Source of the DNA: Octopus bimaculoides
Taxonomy: Eukaryota
Assembly: GCF_001194135.2 (NCBI RefSeq)
Contig: NC_068983.1
Location: 109,380,563 to 109,444,032 of the forward strand
DNA length: 63,470 nucleotides
Reading direction: 5' to 3'
Under the pieces are notes generated by a model. It did not search any database and had not been told where the DNA came from. It saw nothing but the letters and a program-made list of their open reading frames with translations. Shown one piece after another: positions 1-11,627 of the stretch (within the stretch, counting starts at the first letter, position 1; each line of letters opens with the position of its first letter). The position numbers were made by a program, and so were the translations under genes.

Positions 1-25
1 TATATGTGTGTGTATGTGTGTGTGT

Positions 26-60
<35 letters not shown>

Positions 61-62
<2 letters not shown>

Positions 63-653
63 AGGTATGGGTCCTTGAACGCTTTCAACAGAGATGTCTC
101 AGACATTCGCAATGTTGGCTGGACCTCAAAAATTCCAGACACACACGTCCTGAGGACAGCTGATATCTTGAGTATTGAGGCAATGGTGCACAAGCACCGG
201 TTACGTTGGACTGGACACCTTATTAGAATGAAGGATGGCAGGATTCCCAAGCAGATGCTCTATGGAGAACTTGTGAATGGAAAGAGACTCCGGCAGAAAC
301 CAAAGCTGCGATTTAAGGACTGTGTCAAGTCCTCATTAAAGGCCTGTGATATGCAGGACACAGACTGGGAGAACAATGCCTGTCATCACCACAGATGGAG
401 GAAGCAAGTTAAGGAGGGGATCGACACTTTTGAGAGCACGAATCCAGCATGAAGAACTGAAGTGAGCTGCGCGAAAGCGGACGGCTCGTATAGTGAATGG
501 GGAAAGCTTAATCTGCAATGTTTGCAGTTGTGTATGCTTGTCAAGTGCAGGGCTCATTAGCCACCAATGGAGCCACAAATGCAAAATATAAGTTAGTCCT
601 AGAGTGCACAATGTTCTTGAAGGTCAGCAACGGTCTTCCTCGGTCACGAGTGG
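61..653 (+). mobile_element. RTE-clade (BovB-like) LINE 3' end, degenerate
   Basis: ORF 75-452 reads HRLRWTGHLIRMKDGRIPKQMLYGELVNGKR..KPKLRFKD. After a frameshift and stop it gives a C-terminal C2H2-like motif CNVCSCVCLSSAGLISHQWSH (514-576). It ends at an N gap. Confidence 0.85.
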
Positions 654-870
654 NNNNNNNNNNNNNNNNNNNNNNNNNNNNNNNNNNNNNNNNNNNNNNN
701 NNNNNNNNNNNNNNNNNNNNNNNNNNNNNNNNNNNNNNNNNNNNNNNNNNNNNNNNNNNNNNNNNNNNNNNNNNNNNNNNNNNNNNNNNNNNNNNNNNNN
801 NNNNNNNNNNNNNNNNNNNNNNNNNNNNNNNNNNNNNNNNNNNNNNNNNNNNNNNNNNNNNNNNNNNNNN
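654..870. other. Assembly gap (other gaps: 16994-17500, 18717-18972, 33165-33735, 63164-63173)
   Basis: Runs of N, each next to microsatellite or repeat sequence. Confidence 1.
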
Positions 871-908
871 ATATATACATATATATATATATATACATAT
901 ATATACAT

Positions 909-1321
909 ATCATCATCATCATCATCATCATCGTTTAATATCTGCTTTCCATGCTAGCAAGGGTTGGACGATTTGACTGAGGACTGGTGAACCAGATGGC
1001 TGCACCAGGCTCCAATCTGATCTGGCAAAGTTTCTACAGCTGAATGCCCTTCCTAATGCCAACCACTTCGCGAGTATAGTGGGCGATTTTACGTGCCACC
1101 TGCACAGGAGCCAGTCCAGCGGCACTGGCAACAACCTCGCTTGAATGTTGTTTTTCACATGCCACCGGCACAAGTGCCAGTAAGGCAACGCTGGTAATGA
1201 TCACGCTCAAATGGTGCTTTTTACGTGTCCCCAGCATGGAAGCCAGACAGCTACTCTTGCAATGATCACGCTCAGATGGTACTCTTAGCACTCCACTGGC
1301 ACGGGTGCCAGTCATCAAATT
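909..1321 (-). mobile_element. RTE LINE 3' UTR copy with (GAT)n tail and 4 hairpin cassettes
   Basis: Reverse complement of the UTR that follows the RTE ORF at 16640-16910; (cat)n at 909-931. Confidence 0.85.
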
Positions 1322-1329
1322 ATATATAT

Positions 1330-1617
1330 ATAATGGACTCTCCCATTGTTAGATGACATATGAGGTTTCTGCAATTTCTTGTTAAAAGGCCATACAGATG
1401 ATTTGTTTATAGCAATCAAATGTTTGTGTTCACATAAGCTCACTTCCTCCATCAAATCGACATTTGCATGATGTGCCACATGTCAGATAATGAAATGATT
1501 GCATTGAAATATGAATTGAAGTGTTTTGCTCAAGAACACAACTCCTGATCTGGGAATCGAAACCATGATCTTGCTATCTTGAGTGCCCCATGCTAACCAT
1601 TAAGCCTTGCCCCTTCA
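1330..1617 (-). mobile_element. tRNA-derived SINE (related partial copy at 30520-30725, minus strand)
   Basis: The minus-strand head has A-box (ggcttaatggttag) and B-box (ggtttcgattccc) motifs followed by gtgttcttgagcaaaacactt. The body is shared with 30540-30725. Confidence 0.7.
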
Positions 1618-4600
1618 CACACACACACACAGAAGTGTATATATGTACATACGTACATATGCATGTATGTATGCATGTCCATATGTATATATACACATAG
1701 ATATATACCACAAACCTAAGTGTAAGATTATACACACATGTACAGATACACAAATATGCATATCATACATACAATAACACATACACTCATATACATACAC
1801 ATGTGTTTCTGCCTACATTTGCATTTATGTACACATACATATACATGTATACATACATGCACCCGATGAATGTGGTATACACGTGAAAAGAATGTGAGAA
1901 AGAAAATCAGATGGAAAAACATTAAATTCAGAAAAAGCGACACATGAAAGATTACAAGAGCCATCTGGTGGAAAGTTACATTGTACCATGCAAAAATGTA
2001 GGCAAAATATGTTGGTTTGTATTTATAAAACCCAAAATATAAACCTGTTTATATGCAAACAGAAATAAAGTCAGGTATGAATGGTGTCTAGAGGGAGATC
2101 ATTGAAGCATTTGTTATTGGACTGGTTAGAAATAAGAGATATTTGTTAAAGAGACCATATACACTTTCATCTTTTTTGAAGGAGAGGTAAAAAAGAAGTA
2201 ATCATTTGGTATGAATACAGAAAGTATAAGCTGCAGAATATAATAGTGTATTGTAATGAAATAGCTGCTAGGTGAAAAAGGATGAAAATGGAATTCTGTT
2301 CACTGGTATATGCATGTGAGACATGTAGACTGGTTAAGCTGTTAACTTGAACTCAGCAGGGAACAGAATCAATGTTTAATTTAATATAACTATCCTCATC
2401 TCTACAAAAATCAGTTTAACCTCTTGTGAAGTCAAGGAAAAAAGAACAGTGTATTGATGTATGTTGAGCAAGAAGAAAAACACTTCTTGTAATACAAAGA
2501 GTTGAAAAGGAGGATAGTATTTAAAGTAACAAAGCTGTTAAGGAAGGTGATAAAAAAGATGAGAGATAGAGGAAGTGTGTTCCCATACTGAACGAAAATT
2601 ATTGTCAAAGGCAATAGAGACAAATAAGTTCAATCCTGGTAAAGAGCATTGTGCCAGTACACATTGGTGTAATTTCCATATATTTCAGTGATAGTCTTAG
2701 TGAACAATGCAACAATCTTGGCCTCAGTAAGGTGCCATCATGATTTCTAATACTCAATAATACACCTCTTGGTACACACTCCAAATATATTGATACACTT
2801 CGAACATACTTTTTATTTTATCTCTAAGGAAGAGTTTTGTCTAAAATACATCCTACTAAAACTAATTTAATAGTAAACAACATTGCTACAGGAATTAGAC
2901 TGACAAATTAAATTTTATTGGCGAGAATACTTGTGAGAGAGACTAATTATGCAAAATAGTAATTTTCTCACTTTTTATTCTAAGTTTCATAAATATTTTG
3001 AGCAATTATTGCCAGCTAGAAATAGTATAAAGCTCTTTATTTTAATAATAAGCATGGGAACTGTATATAATTGTAAAAAAAAGTCTACTGTTTTAGCATG
3101 GAATTAACATAGGATCTGAAAAATCAAATAAAACATAAGTCAATAGTTTATGTAGTATTGAATACTTTACTTTTAATATTTCTGTAAGGAAACCAAAGAA
3201 AATTTATAAATGATATTTGTTTATGCTAATATTCCATAATTTTGCCAATGGAAAATAATGATTGAAACAGTGGATACTTAAGAGATAAAATTATTTTATC
3301 TATATGGCTTCTTTATTTGCAATTGATGATTATCCTAGTTTTATAATGTATATTCTTATAATGTAGGAGTTAGGCAAGTTTACAATACTGTAATGTTAAA
3401 TCTTTTACCATAATATCTTCAGGCATAATGTTCTTAGAAATGATCTAATCAGTCCCTATTCTTTCTTCCTAGGTTTACCTGTACCATGGATACCACTCAC
3501 GATTGCAATAATTTTGCCATATTAGATGGTGTCTTTGTGAAGATTTAGTTGTACATCCCTGCTCTTATAGTTCATTAAATTTATTATGATGAGACTGTGC
3601 AATTTATGTTAGAGAAGTTTTTATTCCTTGAAATACTGATATGAATTATTTCTATGGATATCAACATATAATATTTCAACTTTCTCATTTACATTTTATA
3701 ATAAAAAGAAATGCAGTGAAGTTGAATTTCATTTCTTAATTTGATAAATTTTTTTATAAGACAGGAAGGTGAATGAATGAAATTCAAATTCACCATGCTA
3801 TTTTTGAATAGGAGTACAATAGGAAAATGTACGATTATTATATGTAAAACATATTTAAAATTAGACATACTGTTTTTCAGTGAAGTCCTTTCAAACATTA
3901 TAACAGTTTAACATGTTGCTGTAATAGGATACCATTAAAATTTTCATGTAAAATACTATTTTGCTTTATTCTTACTCTTATAATATTAAAAACAAGTGAT
4001 GTATTGCTCTAATTATAAACTCACATGACTTTAATATTGTTAAACTCTTGTTTGCAATGCATAATTTATAGATTAAGTTTTCAAAATGTAATCATTTAAT
4101 TATCAAGTGCTGCTTCATAAATAAAAAAAAGCAATGGTCTATTGATTAATGAAGAATTTAAATATCCTTATTACACCATTATAAAACATTTATGCAATAT
4201 TGTATAAATTATATTATATATTTCATTTTCAAATGGGACCTTCCTCAGAATACTATGATATAACCAAAATCTTGAAATACAGTCATTTCTTTATTTGAAT
4301 ACAATACTATTGAATTTTAAACAAATTCAAAGGACAAAAAAATATATCAACAAGTATAAATCACTTGCAAAAATTGTCATTAGCAAATTCCAACTCATTT
4401 CATACATTACGCTATATGTAGGATTTATCATTCAAACAATATCATATAAAAGCTTTCAGAAAAAAACTTTTGTTATACATCATAACTTTTGCATACAACA
4501 CTTTTTAAGAGTTTCCTTGTATAATTTTCTTCACTAGGTTTTTCCTAATTCTTTCATTCCTATCAAATTTGTTCAAGTATTCTCAGAAAATCTACATCTT

Positions 4601-5055
4601 TCTATTTTCTCACTTGTTTTTGACTCCTATCAAACCAAACATGTTAATATGTTTATTACTCTTGCCATTCTGAAAACTTACCAAGATCTGAATATTATTT
4701 CAAGCTATCGATAATATGGCATACATTTGCCAAAGGTGGTCTCAAAACTGACACTTATGAATTTCAAAATAATGGAAATGATATTTATACCTTTGCGTAA
4801 AAAGATATTGATAAAAGTTTTTATTTTTTATTTTGGGACATAACAACTTTAACAGGCTTTTTAGATCATAGCAATTAATTCCACAAAGAAATAATGTTAT
4901 CAAGATGTCGCATTATTATTCCCAAAGCGCCTAAACCAACAAGTACATTGAAATAGAACTTTTTAAGGGTCAACAAAAGAGTTTCTATGGATTCGCTTCA
5001 AAGTCTTGAACTAATAGCAAAATCTTCCTTAAATTACACCTTACTTAAATAATAG

Positions 5056-5269
5056 TTTCAAATTTTGCCACAAGGGCAGCAATTTTGGGAGAGGGGATGA
5101 GTCAATTACATCGACCTCAGTTTTCCACTGGTACTTATTTTATCGACCGCAAATGGGATGAAAGGCAAGGTCAACCTTGGTGGAATTTGAACTCAGAATG
5201 TAGCGACAGACGAAATACCACTAAGGATTTCACCTGGCATGCTAACGATTCCACCCGCTCACCACCTTA
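5056..5269 (-). mobile_element. tRNA-derived SINE with Meta-like central domain and a perfect 17-bp TSD
   Basis: Homologous to 15865-16112 and 20281-20500; direct repeat ccttacttaaataatag at 5039-5055 and 5270-5286. Confidence 0.85.
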
Positions 5270-5356
5270 CCTTACTTAAATAATAGAAAGACTCTTGGGT
5301 AATATAATCCTAATCCTAATATATATATTGGGGTAAGTGAAATCGAAATTGAACCA

Positions 5357-5835
5357 AATTTGATGACTGGCACCCATGCCAGTGGAGTGCTAACAGCACC
5401 TGGTACATCCAAGCGGGATCATTGCTAGAGCAGCTGTCTGGCTTCCATACCGGTGGCACGTAAATAGCACCAGTTGAGCGTGTTCATTACCAGTGTCGCC
5501 TTACTGGCACTTGTGCCGGTGGCACATGAAAAAACATTCGAGTGAGGTCATTGCCAGTTCCGCTGGACAGGCTCCTATGCAGGTGGCACATAAAAACCAC
5601 CATTTGAGCATGGCCATTGCTAGTAGTGCCTGACTAGCCCACGTGCCGGTGGCACGTAAAAGCACCCTCTACACTCTTGGAGTGGTTGACATTAGGAAGG
5701 GCATCCAGCTGTAGAAATTCAGCCAGATCAGATTGGAGCCTGGTGCAGCCATCTGGTTCACCAGTCCTCAGTCAAATCGTCCAACCACCTCGCTAGCATG
5801 GAAAGCGGATGTTAAATGATGATGATGATGATGAT
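5357..5835 (+). mobile_element. RTE LINE 3' UTR copy with 5 hairpin cassettes and (GAT)n tail
   Basis: Collinear with the reverse complement of 909-1321 plus one extra unit; ends gttaaat(gat)n. Confidence 0.85.
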
Positions 5836-6839
5836 ATATATATATATTTGTGCATGTTTGTGTGTATGTATTCGACTGGTTCTTCGTTATGGTTTTTAAA
5901 AAGGGATAATTTCTAATTAGGCTTTGTATTGGTGAAATAGTGTGTTAAAAGGCTCTATGGTGTACAAATATTCCATGGAAAGAAAATAATTTTTGTGTCA
6001 GTAAGATAAACTTTATAACAATCAGGTCTTCAGGGATGCCCAATATAATCCAAATTATTTTGAAACTCTTTGTTTATTCCAAGCAAATATCTTATAAAAA
6101 TTCCCTTAATACACATTTTGTGTTTTTGTATTAGTACAAAATGACAACATTTTGATTTAATTAAATGTATCATTTTATTTTTAAAAGCAACCCATTTGGT
6201 TTCTTTTACTATTACTAGTTGATTTCTGTTTGTTATTATTAGTTTATTTATATTAATTCAATATAATTTAATTATTTTTCGTTTTCATTAATATGTAATG
6301 ATAATTTATTCTACATTTCATAATTATAAACTTACACTCCAATCATATAACGAAGTTAAATTAAAGACATAAAATACATAAATATATAAAGAAAATATAA
6401 ACAAAGAAAATTTATTTCATAGCAAGCATCATAGAGCTACAACACTTTCTTTCTATTTATTGATAGGAGACAAATGTACCAATACAAATTACATTGCATT
6501 TAAAATTAAACATTTTAAAATTATAATTGAAGAAATTTTACTCATGTGCATTTTTCTTCTCTTTCAGAAACAAATAGTTTGAAATACATTCTTAGTCATC
6601 AGAGGAAGTTTAATTCAATTCATTAGAGGCAATGGGTTTTAAACTCATTCCACTTGCACTTCTAAACAACAATTTAAAAATGCATATCAAAATAATTTTA
6701 TTTTAATGTGAAAATTAAGCATCAGTTATCAGTTATAATTTTCAAATATAAACTTAGACTCCAAAGTGAAGATTTGATACAAGTAGGTTTAAATTAAAAA
6801 TTGTTACATTTTCACAAAAAACATTTTAGAGATACTTAC

Positions 6840-6998
6840 CGCAGATCCAACTGTGACTTGTAATAATAAAGAATCATTTTTCTTTATTAAGCGGTGCTCC
6901 AGATGAGGAACCCTTGATCGAGGTTGGTCTGAGGATGTAGCCAGATCAAAAACAATTTCACGGCTGTAGGACTGTTTTTCTCTTATGATAAGTTTTGT
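6840..6998 (-). CDS. Internal coding exon (159 nt, phase 0/0) of an unidentified protein: TKLIIREKQSYSREIVFDLATSSDQPRSRVPHLEHRLIKKNDSLLLQVTVGSA
   Basis: Acceptor ctattacag|, donor GCG|gtaagt, length exactly 53 codons. Only one of three frames is open, GC is above the flanks, and no TE motif is recognised. Confidence 0.65.
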
Positions 6999-7199
6999 CT
7001 GTAATAGATTTCATTTCATAAATATAAGGATGAGCAAAATATTTTGGATAATGATAAAACTGTAGCATTTTTATTCAAATAAGAATCGCTAGAGATTAAT
7101 TAAATCTATTTGTTTCAATTTTTTCAATCAATAAACCACTCTATTATGGTCTGTGCCAGAGAACACTTTCTAACTCACATTTTATCAACTCTGTTGTCC

Positions 7200-7330
7200 T
7201 TTAACATCTAATACCTTTCCTCCGATAAATCAACGACCTACATATTGTCATCTCCAACAGCCACTTTCACAGAAATAATACAACCCTTCATTCTGTAATC
7301 TTCCACACCTAAGTGTCATCCATATACGAA
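7200..7330 (+). mobile_element. Highly decayed CR1/L2-like RT fragment
   Basis: ttcctccgataaatcaacgacct reads FLR*INDL (cf. FLLYINDL), followed by a ..TTL remnant. Confidence 0.3.
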
Positions 7331-7679
7331 CTGGATGGCTCATCCAAACCTGCACTGACTCAAAAACATGCCCCTATGGGATTGTGCCAAATTTATTTCC
7401 TTCAAACCAAAACAAAAAAAAGTACACAGTCACTGTACAAAAAAAAAAAAAATCATCATTGCACTTAACACCTCTTCCTCACCATTTAGATAAGAGCAGC
7501 ATGCAAATTGAGCCCTTGTAACAGTTCTAAACACTAGGTCCCAGTTACTGAGATATTCTAACACATTCCCATCTACCCATTGCAACAACTACTAATCCTT
7601 TACAGGGCTGAGGAGAAAGAGAATTGCAATAGAATATAGCTGCTGCATCTGGGAGTGCTGCTGCTGCCTTACATACATA

Positions 7680-8933
7680 CAGGGGTTGGACAAAATAATG
7701 GAAACACCTAGCATCATAATTTTGAAATATCTATAAAACCATCAAAAGCTTGTTTAGTTGTATGTTTTTTTTTTATTTATTATTAGTGTTGCTTAATATG
7801 TTTTGCTAAAATTACTGTTTCTTTTCAGATATCATCAGAAAAAGATAATTAAAATTTATTAAAATGACAGATCTATCAGACTTTCAAAGGGGTCAAATTA
7901 TTGGTGTTCATACGGCAGGCACTAGCATAATGAAAACAGCCGAAATATTTGCTATATCAAGAAGTACTGTCTCGAAAGTAATGACAGCCTTTGAGAAACA
8001 GGGAAAAAAACCTCCTCGTCGAAACAAAACTCCAGAAGAAAACTAAAGCTTTCAGATAGGGACTGTCAGACTCTTATGCGAATTGTTAGAAAGGAACACA
8101 GAAGTACAGCTCCCAAAATTACTGCAGAGCTTAATGACCACCTCGAGAACCCAGTTTCCACAAAAACTGTTTGCCAGGAGCTGCACAAAGCTGGATTTCA
8201 TGGGAGAGCTGCAATCAGAAAACTACTACTTTCAAAAACAAATGTTGCGAAACATTTAGAGTGGAGTAAAAACCTACAGAATTGGTCCCTAGAGCAGTGG
8301 AAGAATGTTATTTTATTGGACGAGTCATCCTTTACATTATTTCTGACCACTGGCCAAGTATACATGTGGAGACAGCCAAAAGAAGCATTTGACCCAGACT
8401 ACCTTCTTCCAACTGTTAAACATGGAGGAGGATCTGTGATGATCTGGGGGCTATATCTTGGAAATCTGCCAGCCCAATGGTTTCCCTTCATGGCAGAATT
8501 AATAGCCAAAACTATTTAAGCATTTTATCTGATCAAATTCATCCTATGTTTGTGGAACTGTTTCCGGAGGGAAACACAATCTTTCAGGATGACAATGCAC
8601 CAATTCACACCACTAAAGTTGTTACTGAATGGCATGAGGAACGTTCCAGTAAAGTTGAACATCTTATCTGGTCACCACAGACCCCAGATCTCAATTTTAT
8701 TGAACATTTATGGCGCATTTTAGAAAAACAAGTAAGGAGTCGATATCCTCCACCATCACCACGAGAACTGGAGACTGTTTTAGCTGAAGAATGGACAAAA
8801 ATTCCTTTGGAAACAATTCAAACTTTGTACGAGTTCATACCTCATAGAATTCAAGTAGTAATTACTGCTAAAGGCAGTCCTACCCCATATTAAAATAGAT
8901 TTGTTTGAAATTTTAAGGTGTTTCCAACCCTTG
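7680..8933 (+). mobile_element. Tc1-superfamily DNA transposon, DD36E (Incomer-like), 1254 bp, TA TSD
   Basis: Left TIR caggggttggacaaaataatggaaacacct; right end aggtgtttccaacccttg; TA at 7678-79 and 8934-35; inserted in a (TACA)n tract. Confidence 0.9.
7864..8893 (+). pseudogene. Tc1 transposase, two frameshifts (~8005 in an A-run, ~8450)
   Basis: HTH MTDLSDFQRGQIIG; LDESSF; TVKHGGGSVMIWG; FQDDNAPIH...PQTPDLNFIEHLW; C-terminus KGSPTPY. Confidence 0.92.
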
Positions 8934-9361
8934 TACATACATACGTACATTATTTAACGTACACAGTATACAGTTACGAGCTACTGTGTACATTAAATAA
9001 AATTCATCTTTCACTGGGTGGAATACTTTTTTTGTAGATCATACTTTAATAGAAGAGTAAACTATATATGTATATAAACTCAATCCAGAGAAAGGATACT
9101 TGAGAGATTGCCATGAAATCATTCCGAGTCATGCTCCAGATTCTAGCCTACAGCTGTATCATCTTTCTCTCTATTCTCTTTCTTGCTGACATTTCAACTA
9201 TTATTCCAATGATTTCTGCTTCTTAGATCTAACTGATCTTGTACCACCTTCCTCCTGTCATTCTAAACTCACACCTCTTCTTTTCTCATCACGCATATTA
9301 TGTGCATCTTCCCCCACACCTTACATTAACTACTATTTCCAGTCAGTAGTGAAATCATAGT

Positions 9362-9815
9362 CATGGCTGATGCTGGTGTCATGTTACTGGCACCCATGCC
9401 AGTGGCATGTAAAAAGCACCTTTTGTGTATTGGGTCTCACAGAGGCAATATGGTTGATGCTGGTGGCATGTAAAAAGCACCTTTCAAACGTTGGGCTTCA
9501 CAGAGGCAATAACAAATGACCAAGACCTTTGGCATTAGGTCACGCTTAAGAAGATGACCCATGAAGCCAAGAAAAATCATAGTCGTGGCAGACACCAGTG
9601 TCACACAACTAGCACCCATGCTGATGGCACATAAAATCACTCATTACACTCTCAGAATGGTTGGCATTAGGAAGGGCATTCAACCATAGAAACCATGCCA
9701 AATCAGATTGGAGTCTGGTGTAGCATCTCAGTTTGACAGCCCTGATCAAACCATCCAACCCATGCCAGCATGGTTACAAGACATTAAATGATGATGATGA
9801 TGATGACGATGATGA
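9362..9815 (+). mobile_element. Rearranged RTE 3' end (ORF-terminal segments interleaved with UTR cassettes), (GAT)n tail
   Basis: Contains ttcaaacgttgggcttcacagaggcaat, homologous to the ORF end at 16546-16572, placed after aaaagcacc motifs. Confidence 0.75.
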
Positions 9816-10853
9816 TTCCCCTCTAGAATTGGCCATCTGGAATCAACCTTGTGGAATTCTTTTTCTGCACATATCTTTCCTGCACTCATTGACATGGGAA
9901 AAATTGTTGTCTTTGAATTGTTCCACTTGAATTTCTCCTGTCTCAGAGAGCACACAAAGGCCATAGGTAACCTCTTCTTCTTCCAAGTTTAACAAAATAT
10001 AAAAAAAGATATCAAACGGCAACACAATCTAAAAATTTAATGGTTTAGATATTCTAAAATAAAATTACTTGCTTTATTCTTTTACTTGTTTCAGTCATTA
10101 GACTGTGACCATGGTGGAGCTCCACCTAATGTTGAACAAATTTCTTAAACTTAATAGATGGTACTATTGATGTTTTATAAAGCAGATGTTAACACAATTC
10201 ATTGTTATATGAATGTTCCACTAATCAGTATACATTACATACAAATTGCATGTGATATTTAGTTCTATGTTATAGAAGAATAACTAAATATGGCTGAAGG
10301 CAAGTAAACAAGTGTATATAATACATGAGCTTAAATTGAGTTGATGCACAATACTTGAGAGAAAATTCTTAAGAGAAGAACTGTAAATAGTGTTAGGATA
10401 AGACAAAAATGTTACAGAATTGAAATGGGCCAATAAGTAAAGATTGCAGTAATAAGGGATTATCGATCAACTAGATATTATTCTTCTGGTTCTAGCAAGG
10501 TTATCTAACAATCAAAGGAAGGATGTCAACTTAGTTATGTGAAATGTACTCTATGGTGATGCCTCTTTCAGTAACAGCAATTGCTTAAAGCCATTTGTTC
10601 TATCATATTACAATAGTCTGTTATTCTGAAACAGCCAAATCAGTATCACCCTTACTGAAGGGTGAAAAGTTGTTAAAAACAGATCAAACAATAGATAATC
10701 CCTTGTGATTACTTTTTGTGAAAAGCCCACTCCACAAAAAAAAAAGATTGAGAGGAATATTCAGGATATATGAAGTAAAAAGAATATGAGATAGATCTGT
10801 AAGTAAAAATAGCCACGTATGTGTATACATGTATGTATATGTAAACAAATATG

Positions 10854-10898
<45 letters not shown>

Positions 10899-11025
10899 GT
10901 ATGTATGTATATGTATATGTAAGCAAATATGCAAATATATATATATACATATATCATTTTAATTGAGTTTTTACCTGTAATTTTGGATTTTGTCCCTAAT
11001 ATTATTATTATTATTATATATATAC

Positions 11026-11061
<36 letters not shown>

Positions 11062-11584
11062 AAACAGATATGCATATATATATACATATTAATTAATATA
11101 AACAGCAGTTTGCAATGTTTCACCAGAAAAAGAGAATTACAAATATCACTAAATGTGAATAGGGTGTTAGGAAACACCTACATTGCTAGAAATAAGGGCT
11201 AAATGCTCTAATGCTGTAGTTAATGCACACGAATGAAAACACCATTTGAGTGTGGCTATTGCCAGTAGTACTTAACTGGCCCTCATGCCGGTGGCACATA
11301 AAAGCACCCACTACACTCTCGGAGTGGTTAGCATTACACTAACAGACACCATAATTGTCTGAAAAGTGCCAATCAAGAATTCTTAGTATTGACACCTCAG
11401 TTTTGGCAATTTCTGTTGCCTCATCAGTTAAGACAGCTTGAGTGTTCGGCTCTTTCTAGACTTACTTTGCCATTAATATTTATGTTTGTATCATCCAGAT
11501 CATTGGATGATTTAGTGATTCGCTAATGTGTATATATATAAAATTAATATAAACAGTAGTTCGCAATTTTTCACCAAAAAGGAG

Positions 11585-11622
<38 letters not shown>

Positions 11623-11627
11623 TGTGT

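Noticed and set aside
3473-3530. Plus-strand acceptor with a short terminal ORF (LPVPWIPLTIAIILPY*); similar case at 6568
   Set aside because: A splice-like polypyrimidine tract alone is common in this AT-rich DNA, and there is no linked upstream exon
4680-4747. Strong minus-strand donor gtaagt as the next exon after 6840
   Set aside because: All frames from the nearest acceptor contain stops
5357-5835. Regularly spaced palindromic repeats resembling a CRISPR array
   Set aside because: Eukaryotic context with no cas genes; the intervening sequences recur in other copies and the array is contiguous with a LINE ORF at 16640
11385-11460. Hammerhead-like motif on the minus strand (CUGAUGA-GGCAA/UUGCC-AAAAC)
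   Set aside because: GAAA is mutated to AAAA and no stem I pairing is adjacent to the core; at best a dead relic
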